Source of the DNA: an uncultured Deinococcales bacterium | GTDB taxonomy: Bacteria > Deinococcota > Deinococci > Deinococcales > JAAFIG01 | DNA: 44,169 bases | Direction: 5' to 3' | Assembly (NCBI GenBank): GCA_964247135.1 | Contig: CAXTTL010000009.1 | Location: 2,162 to 46,330 of the forward strand | Part shown: piece by piece, positions 15,243-24,868 of the stretch | Layout: every line of letters begins with the position of its first letter | Numbering within the stretch: position 1 is the first letter of the stretch | The notes under the pieces: model-generated | The model's database searches: none | What the model saw: only the letters and a program-made list of their open reading frames with translations | What the model was told of the DNA's origin: nothing | Translations under genes and position numbers: made by a program

Positions 15243-16217
15243 ATGCGTAAATTGGCTTTGGCAGCATTGGGTTTGGCTTTACTGACCGCAATTCCAGGTT
15301 CGGCACAAACCAAGAAGTACAACATCACACTGATTCCAGGTTTGACCACCGACGGTTTTTACATCACCATGAACAAGGGCGCTCAAGAAGCCGCCGACAA
15401 GCTCGGCGTGACCTTAAGCTTCCAGGGCGCCGCCGACTTTAACCCCGTCACCCAAATCCCGATTCTGGACGCGGTGATCGCCCGTAAACCCGACGCGATT
15501 TTGATCGCCCCGACCGACAAAAAACAATTGATTGCCCCCTTAAAGAAAGCGAGTGACGCGGGCATCAAAGTGATTACCGTCGACACCTTTATTGGCGACA
15601 CCGGCAAGTACCAAACCGGCAGCGGCGACGCCGATTTCCCACTCTCATACGTGGCATCGGACAACGTTGAAGGCGGACGCGTGGCGGCTCGAGCGCTGGC
15701 GGCAGCCATCAATAAGCGCGGCAAGGTTTACGTCTCCAACGTCAAACCAGGCATCAGCACCACCGACCAACGCGAATCAGGCTTCAAAGAAGAAATGGCG
15801 AAATACAAGAACATCACCGTGCTCGAGACGCAATACAACGACGATGACGCCAACAAAGCCTCGAGTCAGTTCGCCGCCGTGCTCGCCCGCAACCCAGACA
15901 TCAAGGGCGTTTTCGGCGCGAACCTGTTCAGCGCCACCGGTGCAGCCAACGGTGTCAAAGCCGCCAAGAAAACAGGACGCGTCAAGGTTGTTGCCTTCGA
16001 CGCCCCAGAGAGCATTGTCAACGACCTGAAAAGCGGCACGGTGGACATTGCCATCGCCCAACACCCAGGCGAGATGGGCGCGGTCGGCGTGCAATATGCC
16101 GTCGATGCCCTGGACGGCAAGAAGATTCCAACCCGTTACGGCACGGGCTACACGATCATGAACAAAAAGAATATTGACGACCCAGCCGTGCAAAAATTCT
16201 TGTACTCCTCGAAATAA
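15243..16217 (+). CDS. Monosaccharide ABC transporter substrate-binding protein (RbsB-like)
   Basis: Signal peptide MRKLALAALGLALL..AQ, VITVDT, ASDNVEGG, VVAFDA, IAQHP; SD GGAGG, ATG 15243. Confidence 0.92.
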   Translation: MRKLALAALGLALLTAIPGSAQTKKYNITLIPGLTTDGFYITMNKGAQEAADKLGVTLSFQGAADFNPVTQIPILDAVIARKPDAILIAPTDKKQLIAPLKKASDAGIKVITVDTFIGDTGKYQTGSGDADFPLSYVASDNVEGGRVAARALAAAINKRGKVYVSNVKPGISTTDQRESGFKEEMAKYKNITVLETQYNDDDANKASSQFAAVLARNPDIKGVFGANLFSATGAANGVKAAKKTGRVKVVAFDAPESIVNDLKSGTVDIAIAQHPGEMGAVGVQYAVDALDGKKIPTRYGTGYTIMNKKNIDDPAVQKFLYSSK

Positions 16218-16267
16218 TTGTCAGACAAGGGCAAACAATCTCGAGTCACACGTGTAAAAGAACTGAA

Positions 16268-16349
16268 CTCCCTTCTCCCGCAAGCGGGAGAAGGCGACCC
16301 AAGCCCGTTAGGTGCTGTAGTAAGGGTCAAGAAGGTTGGGGATGAGGGT
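16268..16349. repeat. Intergenic hairpin/small repeat element after the SBP gene, interrupted by a 35-nt insert
   Basis: CCTTCTCCCGC-AA-GCGGGAGAAGG (16271-16294) ... AGAAGGTTGGGGATGAGGG (16330-16348). Confidence 0.6.
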
Positions 16350-16454
16350 GGTCAGAGCCGTCACTCCTTTTGTGTTGAGCAAAAAAATTCTCGAGCCATA
16401 TTTTGAAAGAGAAACAAAAATGCAAAAATCAAAAACATTAAACTCGAGGTGTCC

Positions 16455-17471
16455 ATGAGCCTTGCCGCCAAAACAGAAAAACCCCGCTCGAGTCTGTTGC
16501 AAACCCTCAGCGCGGTTTGGTCGTGGTTGTTCCTGGCGTTTCTGATGGTGTTCTTTGAGGTTTGGGCAAGGATTGCTTTTGGTCAAACGTTTTTGTTTAA
16601 CCTCAACAGCCTGCAAAGTATTTTGCTGGCAGCGGTGCAGCCGTTGTTGCTCGGGTTGGGTTTGACGTTTGTGATCGTGGCTGGCGGCATCGATTTGTCG
16701 GTTGGCTTTATTGTGGGTTTGGCGTCGGTGATTGGCGCTCGGGTCATGCAAGAACTCGGCTCGAGTCTGCCGCCCGTTTTGGCATTGTTGATTGGCATTG
16801 GCGTGGCATTGATTGCCTCAATCATTCCAGGCATCATCAACGGTTTACTGATCGCGTACTTAAAAGTTCCGCCATTTATTGGCACGCTCGGCATGTACGG
16901 CATCGCTCGAGGTGTGGGCTTTTTGAGCGCCAACGGTGTGACCGTGCCCGTCGATAATCCTGCCAATTCGGCGCTGGGCAACAGCAATGTTTTTGGCGAT
17001 TACCTGCCGATTCCAGTTTTGATAACCGTGGTGATCGTGTTTTTGATGCACTATATTTTGTCGCAAACCAAATTTGGGCAGTACACCTACGCGATAGGCG
17101 GCAACAAGCAGGCGGCGCAACGCGCGGGCATCAACGTCGAACGCCACACGATTGGCTTGTACATGCTGACCGCCTTGCTGGCTGGCATAGCCGGCATTGT
17201 TTACACGGGACGTTTTACCGCCGGCGCAGCCCAAGCGGGCGAACCAACTTTGCTCAACGCCATCGCCGCCGTGGTGATCGGCGGCGCGAGTCTGTTCGGT
17301 GGCGCCGGCACCATCGTTGGAACGGTGATTGGCGCCCTGATTATTGCCGTGATCGAATTCGGTTTGGTCTACATTAACGTCTCGCCGTTTTATCAATTTA
17401 TCGCCGTCGGCATGGTGATTATTTTGTCCGTGCTGGTCGATCAATCGCGCCGTAGCGTGGTGGGTTCGTGA
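16455..17471 (+). CDS. Monosaccharide ABC transporter permease (RbsC-like)
   Basis: GGIDLSVG, VPPFIGTLG, YAIGGN..AA..AGINV, AIAAVVIGGASLFGG.G. Confidence 0.93.
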   Translation: MSLAAKTEKPRSSLLQTLSAVWSWLFLAFLMVFFEVWARIAFGQTFLFNLNSLQSILLAAVQPLLLGLGLTFVIVAGGIDLSVGFIVGLASVIGARVMQELGSSLPPVLALLIGIGVALIASIIPGIINGLLIAYLKVPPFIGTLGMYGIARGVGFLSANGVTVPVDNPANSALGNSNVFGDYLPIPVLITVVIVFLMHYILSQTKFGQYTYAIGGNKQAAQRAGINVERHTIGLYMLTALLAGIAGIVYTGRFTAGAAQAGEPTLLNAIAAVVIGGASLFGGAGTIVGTVIGALIIAVIEFGLVYINVSPFYQFIAVGMVIILSVLVDQSRRSVVGS

Positions 17472-18211
17472 ACCGCGCAACCCCAATTCTCGAGGCGAGG
17501 GGTTTGTCCAAGCGCTTTGGTGGTCATCAGGCATTGTTCAACGTTTCTTTTCAATTGTTCCCAGGCGAGGTGTTGGCGCTGGCGGGCGACAACGGCGCGG
17601 GCAAAAGCACGCTCATCAAGTGCATCTCGGGTGCACACCTGCCCAACGACGGACAGATTTTCATGGATGGCTTGCAGGTGCACATCACCAACCCGCAGGA
17701 GTCTCGAGCGGCTGGGATCGAAACCATCTACCAGGATTTGGCACTCGCCGAGAACCTGGATGTGGGTGCGAACGTTTTTTTGGGGCGCGAACCGATGACC
17801 AAAGCCTTCGGGATTTTTCCGATGATTGACCGCAAAAAAATGCGTTCAGCCAGCGCCAAAGTGCTCGACACGCTCGAGATTCACACGCGGCTGGACAAAC
17901 CCGTCGGCGATTTGTCGGGCGGTCAAAAGCAAGCCGTGGCGATTGGTCGCGCGATTCACTGGAAGGCTCGAGTCTTGATCATGGACGAACCCACCGCCGC
18001 GCTGGGCGTTCCCGAGCAACGCAAGGTCGTGGAGTTGATTCATTTGCTGAAATCTCAGGGCGTGTCGATTATTTTTATTTCACACAATTTAATTGATATT
18101 TTTGCCGTCGCAGACCGCATCATGGTCTTGCGTCGCGGTGAACTGGCGGGCGAGCGACTTTCCAAAGACACCAACGGCGACGAGATCGTCAAACTGATGG
18201 TTGGGGGTTGA
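17468..18211 (+). CDS. Sugar ABC transporter ATP-binding protein
   Basis: GDNGAGKST, LSGGQ, IMDEPT, ISH. Confidence 0.95.
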   Translation: MNRATPILEARGLSKRFGGHQALFNVSFQLFPGEVLALAGDNGAGKSTLIKCISGAHLPNDGQIFMDGLQVHITNPQESRAAGIETIYQDLALAENLDVGANVFLGREPMTKAFGIFPMIDRKKMRSASAKVLDTLEIHTRLDKPVGDLSGGQKQAVAIGRAIHWKARVLIMDEPTAALGVPEQRKVVELIHLLKSQGVSIIFISHNLIDIFAVADRIMVLRRGELAGERLSKDTNGDEIVKLMVGG

Positions 18212-18219
18212 GGCGCAGT

Positions 18220-19143
18220 ATGCCAAGTTTAGGGATTTTGACTTCGGGTGGCGATTCTCCAGGCATGAACATGGCAATCTGGCAAGCCAATGCCGCCATG
18301 CAAGCGCTGGGTTGGCAGGTGCACGGCATCCGTGAAGGTTTTGCAGGCTTGTTGCGCGGCGATTTTCTCAACCTCGAGACATCGGGCACCATGCGTTACA
18401 CCCGTTACGGTGGCACGTTTTTGGCTTCATCCCGTGACCCAGATTTCGGTTCTAAAATCCCAGAAGCCATGACTCAACTCGAGCAGGCTGGCATCACGCA
18501 TTTGCTGGTACTCGGCGGCAACGGCTCAATTCGCGGTGCGGCAGCGCTGGCAAACGCTGGCATCAAGGTCATTGGAATTCCGGCAACCATCGACAACGAC
18601 GTGGCGGGTTCTGAAGATTCGATTGGCTTTGACACCGCCTGCAATTTTGGCTTGCAGATGATCGACCAATTCCGCGACACGCTCGAGGCGCTGCCGAGGT
18701 TGTGCGTGCTCGAGACTTTGGGTGGTGACAGCGGATTTCTGGCGCTCGAGGTTGGACGTGCCGGCGGTGCGGATTGCGTTTTGTCGCCCGAGCATCCAAT
18801 CTCGAGTGAGGAGCTTTTGAAGCTTGCCCAAACTGCCATCAAGCATCATCATTACGCCCTGATTGTTGCCAGCGAAGGCTATCCAGACCTCGAGCAAACG
18901 GTGCTTGAACTCGAGCAGGAGCTGCGATTGCGCCTGCGGTTTTCCAGACCCTCACACGCCATGCGCGGCGGTCGTCCGAGCAGTCACGACCGGTCGTTGG
19001 CGGCGGCGCTGGCATTGGCAGCTTGTAGCGCCCTGGCTCGAAACGAATCTGGCATGATGGGCTGGCAGGATGGCAAAGCAAAACGTGTGGATTTTAAAGA
19101 CATTCCAAACCAAAAAATCTTGAAACTGGACACATCAAAATGA
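18220..19143 (+). CDS. PfkA-family phosphofructokinase-like kinase with divergent sugar-binding motifs
   Basis: GILTSGGDSPGMN, GGT.L.SSR, GGNGS, PATIDND, IGFDTA; but ETLGG replaces EVMGR. Confidence 0.85.
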   Translation: MPSLGILTSGGDSPGMNMAIWQANAAMQALGWQVHGIREGFAGLLRGDFLNLETSGTMRYTRYGGTFLASSRDPDFGSKIPEAMTQLEQAGITHLLVLGGNGSIRGAAALANAGIKVIGIPATIDNDVAGSEDSIGFDTACNFGLQMIDQFRDTLEALPRLCVLETLGGDSGFLALEVGRAGGADCVLSPEHPISSEELLKLAQTAIKHHHYALIVASEGYPDLEQTVLELEQELRLRLRFSRPSHAMRGGRPSSHDRSLAAALALAACSALARNESGMMGWQDGKAKRVDFKDIPNQKILKLDTSK

Positions 19144-19189
19144 AACCAAAAAAACAGAATCTCGAGACACCCATAAACAATCCCAATTC

Positions 19190-19218
19190 GTAGGGGATGG
19201 TCTCAGACCATCCCCTAC
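19190..19218. repeat. GTAG-footed REP-like palindrome
   Basis: GTAGGGGATGGTCT-C-AGACCATCCCCTAC, perfect 14-bp arms, intergenic. Confidence 0.8.
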
Positions 19219-19259
19219 AGGTCAATCATCCACCATCTCAAAATCACCCTGGAGGAAAC

Positions 19260-20114
19260 ATGCCCTTAGTCACCGCCAACGACGTTCTGATTCCCGCTCG
19301 AGCCGCCGGTTATGCCGTGGGCGCTTTCAACTGCATCAACCTCGAGTTTGTTGGGGCTTGCATTGCTGCCGCCGAAGCTGAGAACAGCCCCGTGATGATC
19401 GCCACGACCACGGGCGCACTCAAGTACGCGAGCTGGGTGGGTTTTCCCGTCGCGATTCGCGCGATGGCGGAGGTGAGCAAAGTGCCTGTGGTCTTGCACC
19501 TCGACCACGGGCAGACCCTAGAGGAGATTGAACGGGCGCTCAAGGCTGGTTTCTCGAGCATCATGATTGATGCCTCGCACATGTCGTTTGAAGACAACGT
19601 GGCGCTCACCAAGCAAGCCGCCGACATGGCGCATCGGTACAACGTCAGCCTCGAGGCGGAGATTGGGCAGATTGGCGGCAAGGAGGACGACATTGTGGCG
19701 GAGGAGGCGCTGACCGACCCTGGCATGGTGGCTGAATTTGTGCGTTTGACGGGTTTGGATATTCTCGCGCCCGCCTTCGGTTCGGCGCATCAAAAAAACC
19801 GTGGGGAAATCTTTTTGGACTTTGATCGGCTCGAGAAAATTGCGGCGGCAACCCCACTGCCTTTGGTCTTGCACGGTGGTTCCGGCGTGCCGTTTGAGAG
19901 CATGAAAAAAGTCATCGCCAGGGGGGTGGGCAAGGTCAATTTGGGTACGGAGTTGCAAAAAACCTTTTCGGGTAAACTCCGTGAAACCATTGAAGCAAAC
20001 CCGAGCGAATGGGATGGGCGAAAATTGTTCAAGCCAAGCATCGAGACGCTCACCAACGTCGTGCGTGACCGCATGAAAACCATCGGCTCGAGCGGCAAGG
20101 GCGGCGCGGCGTGA
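19260..20114 (+). CDS. Class II ketose-bisphosphate aldolase (fructose/tagatose)
   Basis: YAVGAFN, VVLHLDHG, GFSSIMIDAS, EAEIG.IGGKED, GSAH, LVLHGGSG, KVN; SD GGAGG, ATG 19260. Confidence 0.93.
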   Translation: MPLVTANDVLIPARAAGYAVGAFNCINLEFVGACIAAAEAENSPVMIATTTGALKYASWVGFPVAIRAMAEVSKVPVVLHLDHGQTLEEIERALKAGFSSIMIDASHMSFEDNVALTKQAADMAHRYNVSLEAEIGQIGGKEDDIVAEEALTDPGMVAEFVRLTGLDILAPAFGSAHQKNRGEIFLDFDRLEKIAAATPLPLVLHGGSGVPFESMKKVIARGVGKVNLGTELQKTFSGKLRETIEANPSEWDGRKLFKPSIETLTNVVRDRMKTIGSSGKGGAA

Positions 20115-20944
20115 ATGCCAGATTAAACCGTTTGATGGGCAGCGATGGCAAATGTTTTGATGTCGCCATCGATCACGGTTTTTTTGGTGAACTCGGTTTT
20201 CTCTCGGGCATCGAAAACATGGATGCCGCCGTGAAAGCCGTGGTCGCCGCTGCACCCGATGCGGTGCAACTCAGCATCGGGCAAGCGAAGCGTTTGCAAG
20301 CCGTTTCGGGCAAGCAAAAACCCTCACTCGTGCTCAGAACCGACATCGCCAATGTTTACGGCTCGAGCTTGCCAGCAACGCTTTTCAGTGAATTGATCGA
20401 CCAGCCGCTCGAGCAGGCATTGCGTCTGGATGCCGCCTGCGTGGTGGTGAACTTGTTCATGCTGCCAGGTCAACCCGAAGTTCACAGGGCTTGTATTCAA
20501 AACATCAACAAACTCAAACCGCAATGTGAGCGTTACGGAATGCCCCTAATGATCGAACCGCTGGTGATGCAGGATAACACCAAATCTGGGGGTTACATGG
20601 TGGACGGCACACTCGAGAAAATTTTGCCCTTGGTGCGTCAAGCCGTCGAATTGGGCGCGGACATCATCAAAGCCGACCCTTGCGATAATGCACTCGAGTA
20701 TCACAGGGTCATTGAAGTGGCGGGAGATGTTCCCGTTTTGGTGCGCGGCGGTGGACGCGTGAGCGATCAGGAAATTCTCGAGCGAACTTATGAATTGATG
20801 CAGCAGGGCGCGATGGGGATTGTGTACGGACGCAACGTGATTCAGCATAAAAATCCAACACTCATGACCAAAGCTCTGATGGCAATTGTGCATGACAATG
20901 CCAAGCCAGATCGGGCACTTTCCATTCTCGAGGGTGCGTCATGA
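20111..20944 (+). CDS. Class I aldolase (DhnA/FbaB/LsrF-like)
   Basis: VAIDHG, MPLMIEP, VRQAVELGADIIK, VLVRGGG, GIVYGRNVIQH. Confidence 0.88.
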   Translation: MNARLNRLMGSDGKCFDVAIDHGFFGELGFLSGIENMDAAVKAVVAAAPDAVQLSIGQAKRLQAVSGKQKPSLVLRTDIANVYGSSLPATLFSELIDQPLEQALRLDAACVVVNLFMLPGQPEVHRACIQNINKLKPQCERYGMPLMIEPLVMQDNTKSGGYMVDGTLEKILPLVRQAVELGADIIKADPCDNALEYHRVIEVAGDVPVLVRGGGRVSDQEILERTYELMQQGAMGIVYGRNVIQHKNPTLMTKALMAIVHDNAKPDRALSILEGAS

Positions 20945-22086
20945 GCCAGCAGGTTTTGCGATTTGGCGTGATCGGTTGTGGCTTGATGGGACGCGAGTTT
21001 GCATCGGCGGCGGCGCGTTGGGCGCATTTGCTCGAGATGGATGTCAAACCCAAAATTGTGGCGGTCTGCGATACCAACCCGAAATTGATGGAATGGTTTT
21101 TGAACAGTTTCTCGAGCGTGGCGCAATGCACCACCGATTTTCAAGCGCTTCTGGAGAATCCCGAAGTGGATGCGGTTTACTGCGCCGTGCCGCACAATTT
21201 GCACCAAGATTTGTACCTGGCGATCATCAAAGCGGGCAAGCATTTGCTGGGCGAAAAACCGTTTGGCATGAATCTCGAGCAAAACACTGCGATTCTGGCG
21301 GAACTTCAGAACCATCCCGAATTGATCGTGCGATGCTCGAGCGAATTTCCGTTCTTTCCAGCCGCGCAAAAGATTTTCAACATGGCGCTCGAGCAACAAT
21401 TTGGACGGATTATTGAAGTTGAGGCGGGCTTTCATCACTCGAGTGACCTTGACCCGAACAAGCCCATCAATTGGAAACGCATGATCGCCGTTAATGGCGA
21501 GTACGGCGTGATGGGCGACCTGGGATTTCACACGGTGCACATTCCGTTTCGCTTGGGTTGGAAGCCGCAGAATGTTCGGGCGGTGCTTTCAAATATCATC
21601 ACCGAACGACCCGATGGCACCGGCAAACTTGTGCCTTGCGAAACTTGGGACAACGCGCATTTACTCTCGAGCGTTTTGCATGACGGTTACGAATTTCCAA
21701 TGAACCTGTCCATGAAACGCATCGCGCCAGGCGAGCAGAACACTTGGTTTATTCGGATTGCTGGCACAAAACAGAGCGCCGAATTCAGCACCAAATATCC
21801 CAAAACACTTCGTACCATGCCCTACTCGAGCGGCAACCCCCAGGCTTGGCACGACCTCGACGTTGGCTATGACACGGCGTACCCGACCATCACGGGCAAC
21901 ATTTTTGAATTTGGTCTGGGCGATGCGATCCTGCAAATGTGGGCGGCGTTCTGCGATGAAGTTGCGGGCAACACCCCGCGATTTCAGTGCGCCACCGCGC
22001 TCGAGGCGGCAAGCAGTCACAAGTTGTTCACCGCAGCGCTCGAGTCGCAGCGCAACAGTTCGGTGGTTGCGTTAAACTGGGAATAA
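20941..22086 (+). CDS. Gfo/Idh/MocA family oxidoreductase
   Basis: GVIGCGLMG Rossmann motif, VDAVYCAVPHNLH, GKHLLGEKP, GVMGDLGFH. Confidence 0.92.
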   Translation: MSQQVLRFGVIGCGLMGREFASAAARWAHLLEMDVKPKIVAVCDTNPKLMEWFLNSFSSVAQCTTDFQALLENPEVDAVYCAVPHNLHQDLYLAIIKAGKHLLGEKPFGMNLEQNTAILAELQNHPELIVRCSSEFPFFPAAQKIFNMALEQQFGRIIEVEAGFHHSSDLDPNKPINWKRMIAVNGEYGVMGDLGFHTVHIPFRLGWKPQNVRAVLSNIITERPDGTGKLVPCETWDNAHLLSSVLHDGYEFPMNLSMKRIAPGEQNTWFIRIAGTKQSAEFSTKYPKTLRTMPYSSGNPQAWHDLDVGYDTAYPTITGNIFEFGLGDAILQMWAAFCDEVAGNTPRFQCATALEAASSHKLFTAALESQRNSSVVALNWE

Positions 22087-22088
22087 TC

Positions 22089-23069
22089 ATGAATTCAGAA
22101 CCGCTCGAGGTGGTATCCACAGGTATTTTCGTTGCCGATTGCGTGGCGCGTCCAGTCGTTGGCACGCCCGCCAAGGGCAAGCTCGAGCTGGTGGATTCGA
22201 TTGGGTTGTACTCGGGTGGTTCGGCTGCCAGCACGGGTTACGGGCTGGCGCGGTTTGGGATTAAAACCGCCGTGATCGGACGCATTGGCAATGACGGTTT
22301 TGGCGATTTTATGCTGAATGAAACAAAACGTCACGGCGCGATTGCCATGCTCGAGCGCGATGAAACTGCGGGAACTTCTTCGACATTGGTGACCGTGGAC
22401 GAGGACGGCGAGCGTTCGTTTTTGCACTACATTGGCGCGAACGCGAACCTTCGACCCTCGGATATTTCACTGGTTAAATTAAAATCTCGAGGCACAAAAA
22501 TCATTCATGTCGCTGGTTATTTCGCGCTGCCAGGGATGGAAGGCATCGACGGCAGCCCCACACGGGATTTGTTCAAGGAGGCTCGAGGGTTGGGTATTCA
22601 AACGTCCTTGGATAGCGTTTGGGATGCCAGAGGGCGTTGGATGCAGTTGATCGGCACGGTGCTGCCCGAAACCGATTACTTCTGCCCGAATCTTCAAGAG
22701 GCTCGAGCCATCACCAACCTGCCCGAGAACGCCGCGCCGCTCGAGGTGGCAACGGCTTTATTTCAAGCTGGCGTGCGCGAGATCGTGGCGCTCAAAATGG
22801 GCGAACACGGTTCGTTCGTGATGGACAAAAACGGGCGGCATCACACGGTTGGCATCGCTCGAGTGCCAAGCATCGACGGCACGGGTTCGGGCGATGCGTT
22901 TATTGCTGGATTCTTGGCGGCGCGTTTGAAGGGCTTGAACATGCTCGAGGCAGCAAAGTGCGGAAACGCCGCAGGCGCGATGTGCGTGCGGGCTGTGGGC
23001 GCAATGACGGGCATCACCGATTGGCAAGAACTGACGCAAATCGCCGCCAGCATTCAGGAGGTTTTATGA
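22089..23069 (+). CDS. PfkB-family carbohydrate kinase
   Basis: GGSAA..G.GLARFG, GRIGNDGFG, GERSF, PNLQEA, KMGEHGS, DGTGSGDAFIAGF. Start trimmed to ATG 22089. Confidence 0.9.
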   Translation: MNSEPLEVVSTGIFVADCVARPVVGTPAKGKLELVDSIGLYSGGSAASTGYGLARFGIKTAVIGRIGNDGFGDFMLNETKRHGAIAMLERDETAGTSSTLVTVDEDGERSFLHYIGANANLRPSDISLVKLKSRGTKIIHVAGYFALPGMEGIDGSPTRDLFKEARGLGIQTSLDSVWDARGRWMQLIGTVLPETDYFCPNLQEARAITNLPENAAPLEVATALFQAGVREIVALKMGEHGSFVMDKNGRHHTVGIARVPSIDGTGSGDAFIAGFLAARLKGLNMLEAAKCGNAAGAMCVRAVGAMTGITDWQELTQIAASIQEVL

Positions 23070-23767
23070 ATCGCAGCCAGATCAACCAAATCATTCGAGA
23101 CGGTGAAAATTTTGCGCTCGAGCACGGTTTTAAACTGCCACCGTTTGCTTTCTGGACGCCCGAAGATTGGGCAACAAAGGGCGCAGAATGCCGCGAGATT
23201 GTCGAGAACGGTTTGGGTTGGGATGTCACCGATTTTGGCTTGAACGATTACGCCAACAAAGGCGTGTTGTTGTTCACGGTGCGCAACGGAAAACTCGAGA
23301 ACTTAAAAACGGGGCGCGGCAAAATTTACTGCGAAAAAATTTTGATCTGCAAACCAAACCAACTGGTCTTGCACCATTATCACAAATCCAAAACCGAAGA
23401 CATCATCAACCGTGGCGGCGGCACGCTCGAGATTGTGCTGCACTGGGCTGATCAACGCAGCGCGAACAAGCAAAGTCAATTCACCGATCAACCAATTACG
23501 GTGTCTTGCGACGGTATTCAGCGCACCGTGCCTGCGGGTGGTGTGGTGCTGCTCGAGCCTGGGGGAAGCATCACCCTCGAGCCTTACGTGTACCATCAGT
23601 TTCAGGCGGTGGGTGCTGCGGTGCTGGCAGGCGAGGTTTCGACGGTCAACGATGATGCGAACGATAATTTCTTCCTCGAGGCGGTTGGGCGGTTTCCAGA
23701 AATTGTGGAAGATGAAGCGCCGTACCGATTGTTGATGACCGAATATGGAACGCAATACACGCATTGA
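23066..23767 (+). CDS. D-lyxose/D-mannose family ketol-isomerase (cupin)
   Basis: MNRSQIN..LPPFAFW..LGWDVTDFG..LFTVRNG..YCEK..HYHKSKTEDIINRGGG..GEVSTVNDD..DN.F; SD AGGAGG, ATG 23066 overlapping the previous stop. Confidence 0.92.
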   Translation: MNRSQINQIIRDGENFALEHGFKLPPFAFWTPEDWATKGAECREIVENGLGWDVTDFGLNDYANKGVLLFTVRNGKLENLKTGRGKIYCEKILICKPNQLVLHHYHKSKTEDIINRGGGTLEIVLHWADQRSANKQSQFTDQPITVSCDGIQRTVPAGGVVLLEPGGSITLEPYVYHQFQAVGAAVLAGEVSTVNDDANDNFFLEAVGRFPEIVEDEAPYRLLMTEYGTQYTH

Positions 23768-23786
23768 TGCTCGAGTAACTTAAAAA

Positions 23787-24815
23787 TTAATTCAATCCCA
23801 ACCAACCGTCCTTACCAAACGTCAACGTTTCCACCTGAAATTTCACCGCACCAAACGCATCGGCATCGTAATAGTGATAGACCATCCGAATCGTGCCGTT
23901 GTCGTCAAACACGGTTTGTCCGCCAGGTCCACGAATGTTGTCATGACCCTCGAGCACCAGATCGCCGTCGCCCGCCATCATGGGCCAGTTGTCGCGGCGC
24001 ACGTAAGGTCCAGTAATATTTTTGGATCGTCCCATTTTGATTTTGTAATTGCTGTTCGCGCCTTGGCAGCAGGTGTCAAAGGAGACGAACAAATAGTAAT
24101 AGCCTTTTTGGTAGATTAAACTGGCGGCTTCAATCGCGCCCCCACTGCGCGAGGCGAGCGGGTAGAACTTGGTGTCCTGGCTCGAGAGCAAATTGGTTTT
24201 GGCATCCAGTTTGCGCATTTTGATGCCGTCCCAGTACGACCCAAACGCCAGCCACGGCTGCCCTTTGGCATCGACCACGCGGTTGGCGTCAATCGCGTTC
24301 CAGTTATCTGTTTTGTGTGACCGAATGACCATGCCTTCATCGACCCATTTGTATTTTGGGTCGCTCGAGTCGAGCGTGACGTTGCTTGCCAACCCAATCA
24401 CGGAATCGTTTTTGCCAAAGTGCGATGCGGCATAGTAAACCAAGTATTTGCCGTTTACAAAAGAAATATCGGGCGCCCAAAGGTTGGGGACTTTGCCAAT
24501 TTCTTTGGCAATCCAAGTTGGCAGCGCATTAAACATCGTGCCGACGTATTCCCAGTTTTGCATGTCGCTCGAGCGACGAATTTGCACGCTGCCCTCGCCC
24601 AAGCCGTTCTCGTCGCCGGTGGCAAACACGTAATAATAATTTCCTGCTTTGATCATGCTGGGGTCGTGGGCGCGAATGTCGCCGCTCAATTCTGGTTTGC
24701 TGGTTTTTTGCGTTACTGCATTCTCGAGCGTCAAGCCAAATCCGAGCGTGCCAAGTATCAAAACCAGTGCTTTGAACCTCAAGACTGATCCCCGAGCGAT
24801 CCTTATATTTGACAT
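23787..24815 (-). CDS. Secreted GH43 endo-1,5-alpha-L-arabinanase
   Basis: Hydrophobic N-terminus, AHDPS, LWAPDI, NAIDAN, FGSYWDGI, AIEA, SFDTCCQG, GPGGQ. Confidence 0.9.
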   Translation of the reverse strand: MSNIRIARGSVLRFKALVLILGTLGFGLTLENAVTQKTSKPELSGDIRAHDPSMIKAGNYYYVFATGDENGLGEGSVQIRRSSDMQNWEYVGTMFNALPTWIAKEIGKVPNLWAPDISFVNGKYLVYYAASHFGKNDSVIGLASNVTLDSSDPKYKWVDEGMVIRSHKTDNWNAIDANRVVDAKGQPWLAFGSYWDGIKMRKLDAKTNLLSSQDTKFYPLASRSGGAIEAASLIYQKGYYYLFVSFDTCCQGANSNYKIKMGRSKNITGPYVRRDNWPMMAGDGDLVLEGHDNIRGPGGQTVFDDNGTIRMVYHYYDADAFGAVKFQVETLTFGKDGWLGLN

Positions 24816-24868
24816 GATTGCCTCTGTTTCTTTTTAGAACATTCAGAGCGAAAATATGGTGCTCGAGT

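Noticed and set aside
22619-23065. N-terminal extension of the lyxose isomerase ORF; similar extensions at 19197, 21987, 12867, 13830, 31787 and 43347
   Set aside because: They overlap neighbouring genes or REP elements, and downstream starts have SD sequences or match family N-termini.
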